Positions 39,476 to 50,583 of a stretch of DNA of 64,000 bases are shown in pieces. The position numbers and the translations under genes are program-made. The notes beneath the pieces were generated by a model that was not told where the DNA came from, did no database searches, and saw only the letters and a program-made list of their open reading frames with translations. The stretch covers positions 1 to 64,000 of the IMG/VR virus record IMGVR_UViG_3300037089_000251, one strand, 5' to 3'. The DNA is from a virus. Every line of letters starts with the position of its first letter. The stretch's first letter is position 1.

Positions 39476-42400
39476 TGCAGCCGCCCAGTGTAGGGAATAC
39501 GCTCTCGTTCGTGACGCCGACCATCTTGGTCGGTAGCCCCCCTGTGCAGATTAACGCCATGTCGGTGGACTCCAATGTCCTCCCGTATATCGTGCAGGGC
39601 AGCGAGGGTTATGTGCGCCTGGAGGTTTCCCTCTACGGCACCCTCACCGCCAACTCCTCCCCCGTCGTTTCCGGCACCATAGCCACCTTCACCGGGACGG
39701 CCGCCGTCAACCTCAATGCCGGGAATGCCGTCATCCAGTTCCTTGCTCGCAACTACGACCCTTCGCAGATTGGGTGGAACGCCAGCATCACAAGGGCGAT
39801 AGGCTACCGTTTCGTTGACGACAATGCCCATGTACAGATGGTGGTAGCCGCCACTGGTGCGACCGGGAGCGTCGAGCCTACCGTGTTCACCCTGGCAGGC
39901 CAGTTCCAAGACGTGTCGGCGACGGTCACGGGAGTCTCCATCAGCAGCAATGTCCTGACCGTGCAGGCAGAGAACAACTTCTCGGTGGGGATGACGGTAG
40001 GGTTCAACAACATCCAGCTTGCCACCTTCCTCAATGGCATGTCCGTGGTCATCACCTCGGTGACCTCCACCAGCTTTACGGCCATCTTCGCCGCCTCCGA
40101 CTACTCTTCCGTCCAGCAGGAATCGGGAACTGTCGGGGTCGTGACGGCTGACGGCGGGGTGACATGGCTCAATATCGGATTCTACCAGATAAGCCCCACG
40201 GTGCAGTTCACCATCATCCCCTTCGTCAGCGGCTCCAGTGCCGTCATCGGGCCGCCTTCCGCCGTGAACTCCTACAAGTCCCAGATTGCCTGCCGGGTTG
40301 AGTGGTTGCAACCGACCTTCGCCGGGACGGTGGGCACCAGAGTGGTGTTCTCCACCGACCCTGCCGGGGTCAATCCACCCTTCGTCCAGTACGGTGACAT
40401 CGTTCCGCCCAGCCAGGTAAGCCGGGTGGCTACCCAGATTACCGACAGCACGACCACCACCAGCCTCGACCCCACGACCGGGCTGCAAGTCATAACGACG
40501 ACCAACCAGACGCAGGAGTTCACCTTCAACTATGTGGACATCCCGCCCAGCGCCGTGGCCGGTGCCTCCCCGTTCTATGTCATGCTGAGCACCGTGGTTC
40601 AGGACCCGCTCACCAACGCCGAGTTTGAGTCGCAGCAGAACGGACCCATCACCTGCGGGTTCGTCAACCTGTCACTGGTAAGCCCCACGGACTTCCTCGC
40701 CCTCCAGCGCAAGGAGGACATCGCCGGGCGTCTCATCGCCTACATGACCCAGCTATACCCCAACCTCGACCTCTCGCCCCGGTCGGAGATGCGTGACCTG
40801 CTCATCGACCCCGTGGCCATCGAGCTTTCCAACATGAGCGTCCGGGAATGGTTCGCCCGTTGCAGCACCTCGGTGTCGGCGATGAGCCAGATAGACGATG
40901 CCAACGGTGACGGCATCAGCGACGATTTCAATTCCTCGCCCATCAAGCAGCAGATTGCCCGTGCCTTCGGCCTCAACGCCAACGACACGCAGACCCTCAT
41001 CGACAACCAGTTCAATATCCTCGGGGAGAATGCGGGGCTTACCCGTGCCGGGGCGGCAGCGTCCGTGGTAACCCTGACCTTCTACAACTACACCAAGCCG
41101 ACCCAGACGTTCTCCTTCCCGCTGGGGATTCTCTGCACCACCACGGCCGACTCCGTCACCCCGGCGCTGAGCTTCATCACCACCGGCTCGGCGTCCCTGA
41201 CCCCCAACTCGGCAGCCTCCTTCTACAACCCGGTCGCCGGGCGGTGGGAGGTCAGCATCCCGGCCAACTGCCAGAGCACCGGCAGCAGCACCAATGCCGG
41301 GGCAGGCACCATAAGCACGGTAAGCTCGGGCGGTCCGGGTGGATGGAGCGTGACCAACCTCGTGGCCGCCGCCTTCGGGCAGGACCAAGAGATAAACTCC
41401 CACTTCGCCTCCCGTATCGCCAACAAGCAGGTTACCGGGGTTGACTCCGGTACCCGCAACGGCTACTATACGGCAGCACAGGCGACTCCGGGAATCGTGG
41501 CCACGCAGGTCGTGGCGGCGGGGGACTTGGAGATGGTTCGTGACTGGGACCCCATCCGCCAGAAGCATGTCTTCGGATGCGTGGACATCTACTGCCAAGG
41601 AACCTCCTCCTCGGAGGAGGACGACATCGTGGCGTTCCAGTACCAGAACAACGGGACTCTCGGCCTGTACACGTCCTACATCCCCCTGACCATAGCCTCG
41701 GCCACCGGGACTCTCCTCAAGCTACAAGCTGGCAGCCTTGCCTTCCAAGCCCTCGACTGGCCGCTCTATCAAGGGGTGGAGATTATCGTCACTGGGAACA
41801 CCGGCTCCTTCTACCTTAATGTCACCAACGCCCAGTTCAACACGGCTACCGGGGCGATTATACTCGACCCTGCCGCCCTGTCGTACCAAGTGCCGGTTAC
41901 CGGCGTGGGGCAGGTGAGGATTCCCTACCTTTCCAACCTTGCCGCCGTGCAGGCGGCGGGCGGCAATGTCACCTACGGGCTGCTTGCCCGGCTCCAGTCC
42001 CCCTTGACCGATGTCCCCACGAACCAGCCGGTGGTGGGCGTCAATGATGTCATCGGGCAGCCGACCCAGACAGGAACCGTTCCTACAACGCTGCTGGAGC
42101 TTATCCACAACTCCGACTTCCTCCTGAACGGAGGCTCCAACCAAGCCGGGGACGAGGTTCAGGTAGCCTCCACGGTAAGCTCCCCCATCACCGTTACCTT
42201 GACGGCAAGCACCAGCGTGCCCGTGACCATCGGCACCGCCGTGGATATCCCCATCGACCTCAACGGCAACATCGGCAACATCCTCTCCGTGCGCTCCACC
42301 GACCTCTCCACCCTCTACACCTTCGGACCGGGTGGGGACTACGCTATCGTCGCCACCGGACCCTACCGTACCTATGGTCTTGCCTTGCAGCAGTCGTCGG

Positions 42401-43992
42401 CGACCATAACCAACATCTCCATCACGGGCGGCATCCTCACGGTTACGGGCAAGAACCGGTTTGGTACTGCCATCGGTGGCTCAACGCTGACCCTCAACGG
42501 CATCACTAATGCCACGTTCCTCAACGGCCAGCAGGTCTCGGTCATTGCCTCTACCGGGAATGCCTTCACCGCCTTCTTCCCCCATGCCGACTATGCATCC
42601 GCTGCCGACACCGGGACTGCCTCCGGGTTCGCTATCCAAGACGGGCAGCAGGTGGTTGTGTCCTTCAACCAGTTCATCCTGTACGAGCGCCTCAGCTTTG
42701 CCTCGAACGAGGTCCAGACGCTCAACGGAGGGGTTGCCAATACCCTCAACAACAACGGGTTTGTCCACAACACATGGCTCCCGGAGAGCTATGGGACATC
42801 ATATGGTCCCAGCCTCCTCAATGGCTTCTCCCTCACTCTGGATGGGGCGGTTCTCAACCCCGATGGCTCTGTCAACATCCCTGCCTCCACGGGATTGGTA
42901 GGGGCGGGCGTGCCGCATGACAGCCGCTACATCAAGGTGCTTTTCCAGACAGCCTCCAGCCCCCCCGTCTACGAGGTCATGCTGGAGAATGTGGACTTCG
43001 TGCTCAATGTGGATGCCGTCTCGGGGACTGCGGCCATCGCCCGCAACCTGGCGACCAATGCCACCAGCCGCATCCCGGACGGTGGTCAGGTGCTCGTGAG
43101 CTACTTCTACAACGAGGCATTCGATGTCTCGTCAGAGTTCCCCTCGTTCGTGCCCATCCTTGCCGCCCAGATAAACAAGACGAAGCATGCGGCGGCCGAT
43201 GTCCTCATCAAGGCGATGGTCGCCAACCCCATCGACATCACCCTCTCGGTCACGCTCAACCCAGGCGTCTCGGCGAACACCTTGGACTCGGACATCCGCA
43301 CCGCCATCGACCGGGTCTTGGATACCGCCACGACCACCCTCTACCAGTCGGAGGTCGTCTCCCAGATACAGAACATCACGGGGGTAAAGTCCGTATCCAT
43401 CCCGCTCATCAAGTGTGCCAAGTCGGACGGCAGCTATGACATCGGGTTCGTCATCCCCACGGGAACCCTCTGGACGCCTCTGGACAATGACCCTGCCTTC
43501 TCCTCGCTGGCGTTTGTCACGACCCCGACCGGGACCATAAGCTATATCCCCAAGAACAGCTTCATCACGACCAGTCCCATATTGCCGGACTCGACCGTGC
43601 CCTCGGGGGGACCTGCCAATGTGTTCGTCGGTCTCCTCTACGAGGGGCAGGCCTATTCCCGCACGTTCTCAGTGCAGAACTTCCTGACCAGTGCCGTCAC
43701 CCCCCCAGTGTCCTCCGGGAACGGCTCCTTCTACATCATCGGCTCGAACGATAAGATATTCATCCCGAACTATAACGGCAACAACCAAGACTACAGCGTG
43801 GTGCTCAATTCCACCTACCCGCAGCGGGTAATCCTCACCATTCCCTTGGACACACCGACGCCTTCCCTGAAGAGCTACTTCGTCACCTACCAGGTATTCG
43901 GGGAAAGCTCGGCAAAGGACATCACTTTGTCCGCTACCGAGTACTTCGTTCCAGGCAGGGTGACCATCAACTACATCACAACGGGGGCATAA
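39475..43992 (+). CDS. Baseplate J/gp6-like wedge protein
   Basis: RDLLIDPVA, GLTR, GQDQE, GTRNGY, GCVDIY, SEVVSQIQNITGV; 1505 aa with inserted repeats. Confidence 0.8.
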   Translation: MQPPSVGNTLSFVTPTILVGSPPVQINAMSVDSNVLPYIVQGSEGYVRLEVSLYGTLTANSSPVVSGTIATFTGTAAVNLNAGNAVIQFLARNYDPSQIGWNASITRAIGYRFVDDNAHVQMVVAATGATGSVEPTVFTLAGQFQDVSATVTGVSISSNVLTVQAENNFSVGMTVGFNNIQLATFLNGMSVVITSVTSTSFTAIFAASDYSSVQQESGTVGVVTADGGVTWLNIGFYQISPTVQFTIIPFVSGSSAVIGPPSAVNSYKSQIACRVEWLQPTFAGTVGTRVVFSTDPAGVNPPFVQYGDIVPPSQVSRVATQITDSTTTTSLDPTTGLQVITTTNQTQEFTFNYVDIPPSAVAGASPFYVMLSTVVQDPLTNAEFESQQNGPITCGFVNLSLVSPTDFLALQRKEDIAGRLIAYMTQLYPNLDLSPRSEMRDLLIDPVAIELSNMSVREWFARCSTSVSAMSQIDDANGDGISDDFNSSPIKQQIARAFGLNANDTQTLIDNQFNILGENAGLTRAGAAASVVTLTFYNYTKPTQTFSFPLGILCTTTADSVTPALSFITTGSASLTPNSAASFYNPVAGRWEVSIPANCQSTGSSTNAGAGTISTVSSGGPGGWSVTNLVAAAFGQDQEINSHFASRIANKQVTGVDSGTRNGYYTAAQATPGIVATQVVAAGDLEMVRDWDPIRQKHVFGCVDIYCQGTSSSEEDDIVAFQYQNNGTLGLYTSYIPLTIASATGTLLKLQAGSLAFQALDWPLYQGVEIIVTGNTGSFYLNVTNAQFNTATGAIILDPAALSYQVPVTGVGQVRIPYLSNLAAVQAAGGNVTYGLLARLQSPLTDVPTNQPVVGVNDVIGQPTQTGTVPTTLLELIHNSDFLLNGGSNQAGDEVQVASTVSSPITVTLTASTSVPVTIGTAVDIPIDLNGNIGNILSVRSTDLSTLYTFGPGGDYAIVATGPYRTYGLALQQSSATITNISITGGILTVTGKNRFGTAIGGSTLTLNGITNATFLNGQQVSVIASTGNAFTAFFPHADYASAADTGTASGFAIQDGQQVVVSFNQFILYERLSFASNEVQTLNGGVANTLNNNGFVHNTWLPESYGTSYGPSLLNGFSLTLDGAVLNPDGSVNIPASTGLVGAGVPHDSRYIKVLFQTASSPPVYEVMLENVDFVLNVDAVSGTAAIARNLATNATSRIPDGGQVLVSYFYNEAFDVSSEFPSFVPILAAQINKTKHAAADVLIKAMVANPIDITLSVTLNPGVSANTLDSDIRTAIDRVLDTATTTLYQSEVVSQIQNITGVKSVSIPLIKCAKSDGSYDIGFVIPTGTLWTPLDNDPAFSSLAFVTTPTGTISYIPKNSFITTSPILPDSTVPSGGPANVFVGLLYEGQAYSRTFSVQNFLTSAVTPPVSSGNGSFYIIGSNDKIFIPNYNGNNQDYSVVLNSTYPQRVILTIPLDTPTPSLKSYFVTYQVFGESSAKDITLSATEYFVPGRVTINYITTGA

Positions 43993-44282
43993 TGAGCTTA
44001 ACCAACAGCATCAGCAGTTTCATCGAGAAGATGGCTTATGATTACACCCACTTCCTCACGGCGACAACGGTCGTGAGTTGGGGGTATATCCTCGGGAAGG
44101 GGCACGGGTCTGCATGGGCCTCGGCGGGAGTCCTCGTCTTCGCTCTGGCGAAGGAGTTTTACTGGGACCTTCGCTATGAAACGCCTGCCCTCAGTGGAGG
44201 CTACCTTGGTGGACTGAGGGACTTCTCCGGGTATCTGGTCGGAGTTGCAAGCTCTCTGTCACTCCTGAAGCTTTTGAAATAA
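43992..44282 (+). CDS. Small membrane protein
   Basis: 96 aa with 2-3 hydrophobic segments. Confidence 0.55.
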   Translation: MSLTNSISSFIEKMAYDYTHFLTATTVVSWGYILGKGHGSAWASAGVLVFALAKEFYWDLRYETPALSGGYLGGLRDFSGYLVGVASSLSLLKLLK

Positions 44283-44283
44283 T

Positions 44284-45768
44284 ATGGCGACCAACAACAT
44301 CCCGGACCTTCTCTACCAGCAATCGAGGGAGTCGCTCCTCACCCTTGAGGACACCCGCCTGTTCTTCCTGCTGGCGGCGGTGGCCAACTACTACCTCCCC
44401 CGCAACGACCAGCCCCAGTGGGGCACGATGATGCGTGCCATCGCACAAGAGATGGCCCGGCTGGACTACGACTACCAGTATGACATCGCTGCCAAGGCTC
44501 CCCAGTACCTCACCCCACCCGACATCAAGCGGGAATATGCCGCCCCGCTGCACATCAAGAGCGCCTATCCCTATCCTGCCCAGTTCGACAAGGGGGACTT
44601 CACTGGACCCTTCAACTCCTCGGACAACCCCGTGGGCTACAGGGACATGCTCGTTGACCTATTGAAGGCATACAACGAGGGGGCGATACCGCAATCCATC
44701 ACTGATGTCATCTATGCCTATACGGGCAAGACCATCACCGTGGTGGAGCTTTACAAGCTCATCGGGCAGGGGGTGTATGACCAGAGCGACCGGAACGCCA
44801 TCCAGGTGTCCGTCAATGTCGGCGGCAACAACTCCCTCACGAACATCCAGAGCCTTACCCAGCTACAGGAGATTGTCCAGAACCTCTACGGGGCCATCGA
44901 CCTTGCCAAGCCCGCCCATGTGGGGCTGGAGTTCACGACGGTGTTCGCCGAGACGGAGAACGTCAGCCTCAGCATCAAGGACACGCTCCGCATCATCATC
45001 CGGCAGGTGGAGGCACCACCGCTCGACCCGATGCTGTGGATTGCCCCCATCTTCAACCTCAAGCACCCCAAGACCACGCTGGCGGCATGGGGCAGGCGTC
45101 TGGAGCCTACCATCTCATATGAGACTTGGTTCAACATGCAGCCGATAGCCCCGTCGCTGTCCCCCCCGGTCATCGTTCCGCCCTCCGCCGTCCCGCCTGT
45201 GTGGAATCCTGACCAGACCTACAGCCGTGGCAACCTTGTCGCCCCCTTCTCGGGCAGCTACCAGATGTACCGGGCGGTCAAGAAGAGCACGGGGCAGTCC
45301 CCGATAAGCACCAGCCCCCCGACCAGCCCCCCGACCGTGAACAGCGCCTACTGGAAGCTCCTCCCCTCCCCTGCCGCCTGGCAGGCATACTACCCCATCG
45401 CCTCCGGGATGTACACGGTGGGCATGGCCCCGTGGACGGCGGACACCGAGTTCTACACGGGACAGTTCATCGTTGACCCGAACGGAAACCTTGAGATTGC
45501 GGTGCAGGGCGGTACCTCCGGACCCTCCGTCGCCTTCAACACGGAGGTGGGCGGGAACACGGACGACGGCAGCGTGGTCTGGCTGAACCTCGGGGCAAAC
45601 TACCTTGTTGACCCGAGCCAGTGGATAATGGTCGTTGACCAGACGGGCATCCCCACGGGCGAGGTCGCAAACTGGAACGTCAACAACCCGATGGGTCTCG
45701 TCGCCCCGAGGGAGAGCACGGCGTGGGAGATAAAATCAGACTCATGGCAGATTTTGAATTACGATTGA
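44284..45768 (+). CDS. Baseplate wedge (gpI/gp7-like) protein
   Basis: YRDMLVDLLKAY.EGA, IDLAKPAHV; follows the J-like gene. Confidence 0.65.
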   Translation: MATNNIPDLLYQQSRESLLTLEDTRLFFLLAAVANYYLPRNDQPQWGTMMRAIAQEMARLDYDYQYDIAAKAPQYLTPPDIKREYAAPLHIKSAYPYPAQFDKGDFTGPFNSSDNPVGYRDMLVDLLKAYNEGAIPQSITDVIYAYTGKTITVVELYKLIGQGVYDQSDRNAIQVSVNVGGNNSLTNIQSLTQLQEIVQNLYGAIDLAKPAHVGLEFTTVFAETENVSLSIKDTLRIIIRQVEAPPLDPMLWIAPIFNLKHPKTTLAAWGRRLEPTISYETWFNMQPIAPSLSPPVIVPPSAVPPVWNPDQTYSRGNLVAPFSGSYQMYRAVKKSTGQSPISTSPPTSPPTVNSAYWKLLPSPAAWQAYYPIASGMYTVGMAPWTADTEFYTGQFIVDPNGNLEIAVQGGTSGPSVAFNTEVGGNTDDGSVVWLNLGANYLVDPSQWIMVVDQTGIPTGEVANWNVNNPMGLVAPRESTAWEIKSDSWQILNYD

Positions 45769-45815
45769 CGACTGAACAAATGAACTTTCTAAAGTATTTA
45801 TATGAGGAAGTTGTC

Positions 45816-46739
45816 ATGTTCATCTATCTGATTGTCAACCACGAGACCGGGAAGTACTATGTTGGCCAGCACAAGGGAAACAACCTAAAGAAGTATCTTC
45901 AAAAAAAGCTTTCCAGTGCTAGACACCAGCACAGTGGTCAGTCTCATCTCTTCAATGCGATGCGGAAATACCCACAATCATCCATCTGGTCAATTCATGC
46001 TCTTCGGGATGACATCCAAACCCGTACAGAGCTTGACGAAACCGAACGAGACTTCATTAAGTTCCTGCGGTCACAAGACCCAGAGTACGGTTACAATATC
46101 TGCCAAGGTGGGGAGGGATTCACAGGACCGCATACAGAAGAAACTAGAGCCAACATAGCTGAAGCTACCCGTAAATATTTTGACCTCAACCCGGAAGTTA
46201 GCCGACTTCGGGGCTTAAAAATTAGTGAGACCAAGCAGAAAAACAAAAAGCCACTGATAATGAAGGGTTGCCCTATATGCAATAAGACCTTCTTTATGCC
46301 ATTTGGGCGGCGTGGTGTCATTTACTGTTCTCAGACATGTTATCAGCGTAGCCCAAGAAGAATAGAGGTGGAACAAACTCGGATAGAAAGCCACCGCATC
46401 GCTATGCAATCTCCCACAACTCGTCGTAATTTAGCTGTAGCCCAATCTGCACGGCGCATGGAAGAAAAAAGACTGGGCATCAAACCAACTATGCCCGTTC
46501 GTATTTGGACTAAACAGGCAAGGCAAGAACAAGCTGAACGGATGAGATTGCAACGAAGGGGGAAGCCGATGCCAGAAACTCAAAGACTTGCTATATCTAA
46601 TGCACTTAAAGGCTTGGTGTGCGACGACACAAGAAAGTTATCGCTTGATAGAGGCAGGCATACCCGATGGCACTCCTCGAAAGGAGTTGTTGCCGATACT
46701 TGTCGGTTTTGCCTAGAGGGACTTTCCAAGCCTAATTAG
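45816..46739 (+). mobile_element. Free-standing GIY-YIG homing endonuclease with NUMOD3-like repeats
   Basis: MFIYLIVN...YYVGQH, YGYNICQGGEG, HTEETRANIAEA; lower GC than flanks. Confidence 0.85.
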
Positions 46740-48848
46740 GTGAGTATGGTGACTATAAAGACGGCCTACCTTTCCCCCTCGACTGGGACGCTGGAGATAA
46801 CGGCGGTCCGGTCCTTGCAGCCGACTGCCTCCATCGTGCTTGACCTCGGCATACCAAATTTTACCGTCTTTTCAATCAAATTCCCCATCTCCTCCAGCGA
46901 CCCCATGGAGTTCAGGCAGGTGAGCAGCGAGGCTCTGGGGGTCATGCTGGACGAGATGACGGCGTTCATGATAAGCACCGGCTACAAGCAGAACGTCATC
47001 GCCGGAATATACGCCCTCGCCCTCGACTGCTACAAGGGCATGATTGCCAACGACAACCCCGCCAAGCGGGAGAAGGACCCCACCATTGGCAGCATTAGGG
47101 GAGCCTTCCGGCTGCCCCCGGAGTTCATCAACGAAACCCAGAAGTGCGTGGTTACGGCGGCAAAGACCGTCAAGCGGTCACCAAGGGAGCGCAAGCTGGA
47201 GTTCACCCCCTCCCGTCCCCTGACCCCCTCGAAGAACGATGTCCTCAAGGCCATCAAGCGGTACCGTTTCCAGAGCATCAAGAGCCAGCCCTACCCGCTC
47301 TACCTGGTGGTCTACGACAACATGGGTCGCCCCAAGGGGACGCTGTCCTTGGGACCGGGGTTCCACAACGAGCTTCTCAAGATGCAGTACAAGAAGAAGG
47401 GGTCCGAAAACCCACAGACTGAGCAGGCCAAGACGATAGTCGAGCAAGGCGGAGGGGTGTTCAAGGGCATGTCCGAGGGCATCAACCCCGGCGAGATGCT
47501 GGCGTGGTTCGACACACCTCATCGTTCTACTCTATTCATCCCACTCCAAGGACTTACGGTAGAGGCTGTGGAGCAAGCGATTGAACAGAGCGAGGCTCGG
47601 TATGCACAGGTGGTGAAGCGTGCAGGGCAGTGGGGGCTGCGCTCCTACGACGGGGACAGCGCCCACGACATCCTCGACCGCTACCGCCCGAAGGGCGAGG
47701 ACACACAGGGCTTCGACGAGCCGGTACCGGAGGACAGGCTCCCCGACCTTGTCGCCGAGCTTAACTCCATGGACCTCGGCACCCCGGACGCCAAGCAGGA
47801 CTACCTCGCCGTGGTGGTGTTCCTCGTCACCCACGGCTCCGACATCCCCGACGACCTCCGCCAGTGTGCCCTTGGCATCGCCCATGAGCTTCACGGCGAC
47901 ACCGAGGGCAGGAATCCGGGCGGGACCACCGACCGGGGCTACAAGCTCTGGAAGGACCCCTTGGGGCGCAAGAAGGAGCTTGAGAAGGAGATGGCCATAC
48001 TTGAGGGCGACAGTGCCAAGGTGGCCAGCCTGTGGGGGATAGAGAAGCAGGTGAAGGAGGACTTCGACCCGGATGTCCTCATCGACCCCCTGACCAACAT
48101 CTTCGGCAAGCTCCAGCCGGAATACCGCAACAAGCTCAAGCGGCTCCTCCTTAAGCCCAGCCACAAGACCTGGAACGACGCCTTCAGCATCATCGTGAGC
48201 GGCGGCGGGAAGTTCATGACCCTATGGCAGGCGGTCATCGCCGTGGACCCGTGGTTCCCGAGGACTGGCCCACGTGAGGACTTCAAGGGCAACCTGATAT
48301 CCGGCTGGGAGAAGATTCCCGACCGCAAGACCATCATCCAAGCGCTGCGCTATGCCAACCCGGTCAAGCACGAGAAGAAGTTCAACCCGGACGACCTCAA
48401 GTTCCTTGAGTCCATGGGCATCAAGACCAGCAGGTTCCTCCGCACCGAGGAGATGCGGGCATGGGGTCAGGGTAGGCAGGACGAGTATTACTCCCAGCAC
48501 CCCGAGCTTGGGAGTCCGGGAAAGAAGCTCAACCTGATGGTTACAGAGCCGGATGGCACCTCTGTGCCCTTGGCGAAGGCAGTCAGGGCAGACCACACCA
48601 ACGCCGAGGGCTACTGGGCGGGCGAGGGCAATGCGGCCAGCGGCATACTCCCCATATGTACAACCACCGGAAGGATTTGCCTTGCTTGGCGCAGTCCCTA
48701 TGTGAACGAGGGAAGCTGCTGGGGAACCATCGGTGGGGCGGTCAAGAGAGGGATGCAGCCCGGTCCCAGCGCCGAGGAGGAGCTTGCGGAGGAGACGGGG
48801 TATACGGGCGATATCAAGTTGTATCCAGCTTTTGTCTTTACTGCTTAA
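46740..48848 (+). CDS. Multi-module protein ending in the N-terminal part of a Nudix hydrolase
   Basis: ASGILP...RS...WGTIGGAV...AEEELAEETG Nudix box, then a stop at the endonuclease insertion. Confidence 0.75.
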   Translation: MSMVTIKTAYLSPSTGTLEITAVRSLQPTASIVLDLGIPNFTVFSIKFPISSSDPMEFRQVSSEALGVMLDEMTAFMISTGYKQNVIAGIYALALDCYKGMIANDNPAKREKDPTIGSIRGAFRLPPEFINETQKCVVTAAKTVKRSPRERKLEFTPSRPLTPSKNDVLKAIKRYRFQSIKSQPYPLYLVVYDNMGRPKGTLSLGPGFHNELLKMQYKKKGSENPQTEQAKTIVEQGGGVFKGMSEGINPGEMLAWFDTPHRSTLFIPLQGLTVEAVEQAIEQSEARYAQVVKRAGQWGLRSYDGDSAHDILDRYRPKGEDTQGFDEPVPEDRLPDLVAELNSMDLGTPDAKQDYLAVVVFLVTHGSDIPDDLRQCALGIAHELHGDTEGRNPGGTTDRGYKLWKDPLGRKKELEKEMAILEGDSAKVASLWGIEKQVKEDFDPDVLIDPLTNIFGKLQPEYRNKLKRLLLKPSHKTWNDAFSIIVSGGGKFMTLWQAVIAVDPWFPRTGPREDFKGNLISGWEKIPDRKTIIQALRYANPVKHEKKFNPDDLKFLESMGIKTSRFLRTEEMRAWGQGRQDEYYSQHPELGSPGKKLNLMVTEPDGTSVPLAKAVRADHTNAEGYWAGEGNAASGILPICTTTGRICLAWRSPYVNEGSCWGTIGGAVKRGMQPGPSAEEELAEETGYTGDIKLYPAFVFTA

Positions 48849-48897
48849 ATGAACTATCACTTCTACTATTATAGGGGTATCTTTATAGGGGTGGTAG

Positions 48898-49659
48898 ATG
48901 AACAAAACATCAGGGTATGTTCAGGCTAAGCCGATTCCATACGAAGGGCTTGACCTTTGTTTCTACAAATGTGGCTCCGTGGCAAAGTATCGGCAGAAAA
49001 ATGGCAAGTTATGCTGTAGCCGACACTTTATGTTATGCCCGACCATGACGACCAAAAAAGCCAAGCCAGATATCGACTTGACGGGTCAGGAGGTGGGATA
49101 TTGGAGGGTGCTTGCCTATGCCTTCAACGGGAAATGGGCTTGCCGTTGCATATGTGGAGTGGAAAGACCTGTCAAGACTCAAGCCTTGGTCGAAAAGACC
49201 AGCAAGTCGTGTGGGTGTAGGAGGGAAGAATTTGTAAGTGCGGCTTTCACGAAAAGGCACGGGTTGAGGGCACGGTACTCCATTTTTAACAATTACAGGG
49301 GGGCTGCCCGCCGTCGAGGGTATGAGTGGGGATTGTCCTTTGAACAGTTTTGTGGTTTTTTAGAAAAGCCTTGTTTTTATTGCGGTATCAAGCCTAGCTC
49401 GCTGTGGAACGATTCCTACATGGACCGTGCGGGAAAGCATTTTGGTAAGCGCCAAGATTTCTACTATAACGGGGTAGACAGGCTTGACAACTCTGCTGGA
49501 TATGCTGAGGGAAATTGCGTTACAGCGTGTTGGCGTTGCAATTTTTCTAAGAATGATTTAAGCCGGGAGGAATGGTTGACTTGGGTTAAGCGGCTGTATG
49601 AGCATCAGGAATTGGACAAAGGAGTATTGGTGTGCCTTTCAAATATCACAACTTCATAG
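48898..49659 (+). mobile_element. HNH-type homing endonuclease inserted in the Nudix gene
   Basis: WACRCICG...SCGC; CFYCG; YNGVDRLDNSAGY...NCVTACWRCN; lower GC. Confidence 0.85.
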
Positions 49660-49925
49660 GCACCGTCTCGCATGAATTTGGTCTCCATCCTAATGAAGAG
49701 CATGGCTGGGAGACTGAGGCACTTGAGTGGTTCACTTTTGAGGAGGTCCAAGAGATGATGAGGACCGACCCCGGAAGTTTTCATCCCGGTCTTATAAAGC
49801 TGTTCAAGCAGTCCGGCAAGCTCATCCAGCAAATTTGTAACCGGGAAAGAAGAGGGAAGGGAAAAGGCAATGAGAAACCAGATACAGGCAACGCCGATGC
49901 CAGCACCACCGGCAACGCTGCTTAA
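49632..49925 (+). CDS. C-terminal part of the split Nudix hydrolase
   Basis: FKYHNFIG...WETEALEWF...HPGL; GTG start 7 nt after AGGAG. Confidence 0.7.
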   Translation: MPFKYHNFIGTVSHEFGLHPNEEHGWETEALEWFTFEEVQEMMRTDPGSFHPGLIKLFKQSGKLIQQICNRERRGKGKGNEKPDTGNADASTTGNAA

Positions 49926-50583
49926 GTTTGACGGGTCGGACAAGGTACCGAACCCCATCAGGAAGGGAGCGCTCCGCATCTACCGGAAGGACACCGGGGA
50001 AGTGCTCTTCGAGGACCACAACATCATCACGTCCATCAGCAGTTGGCTGTTCGCCCAGTTCATGGCGTGCGCCAGCCCGCTCAGCCTCTCCCCGCCGCAG
50101 GTACAGCCCGTCAGCATCCCTGCCACGGAGCCTGCCTGGGGCGTCTGGGGGCTTGCCCTCGGGGCGGGAAGCCCTACATGGGCACCAACCACCCAGCCGG
50201 TCGAGACAGCGGCTCAAATCGAGCTTATACAGCCCCTCGCCCGTGTCCAGCTTTCCCGTGTGAACTTCGTCACGCAAGACAACAGCGGCAACTGGAACGC
50301 CGTGGCCGTCCTCTCCCAGAATGTGGAGTTCCAGACCACGGTGAACAGCACCACCAACAACATCACGCAGGCAGTGAGGGAGATGGGGCTTATCGGCGGG
50401 GGCATTGCCGACATGGGTTCCTACACCATGCTCACGGCACCGTACTTCAACGGAAACCCGTCCAGCTACGCTACGGTCAAGGCATCGCAGCAGACGGTAG
50501 TGCTTTGTAACTACAAGACCCTACCCCCACTTTTATTACCTCCTGGGATTGATATAATTTTCAGTTGGATTTTTTCCTTTTAG
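49870..50583 (+). CDS. Baseplate/tail-collar-like structural protein
   Basis: HNIIT...LALGAG...VREMGLIGG...NYKT...FSWIFSF pattern. Confidence 0.65.
   Translation: MRNQIQATPMPAPPATLLKFDGSDKVPNPIRKGALRIYRKDTGEVLFEDHNIITSISSWLFAQFMACASPLSLSPPQVQPVSIPATEPAWGVWGLALGAGSPTWAPTTQPVETAAQIELIQPLARVQLSRVNFVTQDNSGNWNAVAVLSQNVEFQTTVNSTTNNITQAVREMGLIGGGIADMGSYTMLTAPYFNGNPSSYATVKASQQTVVLCNYKTLPPLLLPPGIDIIFSWIFSF

Noticed and set aside
45309-45336. 12-bp tandem repeat (CCAGCCCCCCGA) as a contingency locus
   Set aside because: Only about two in-frame copies, encoding TSPPTSPPT; covered under the SPP motif finding.
48840-49640. Group I intron around the HNH gene
   Set aside because: No room for a P3-P9 core, and the downstream fragment has its own RBS and start codon.
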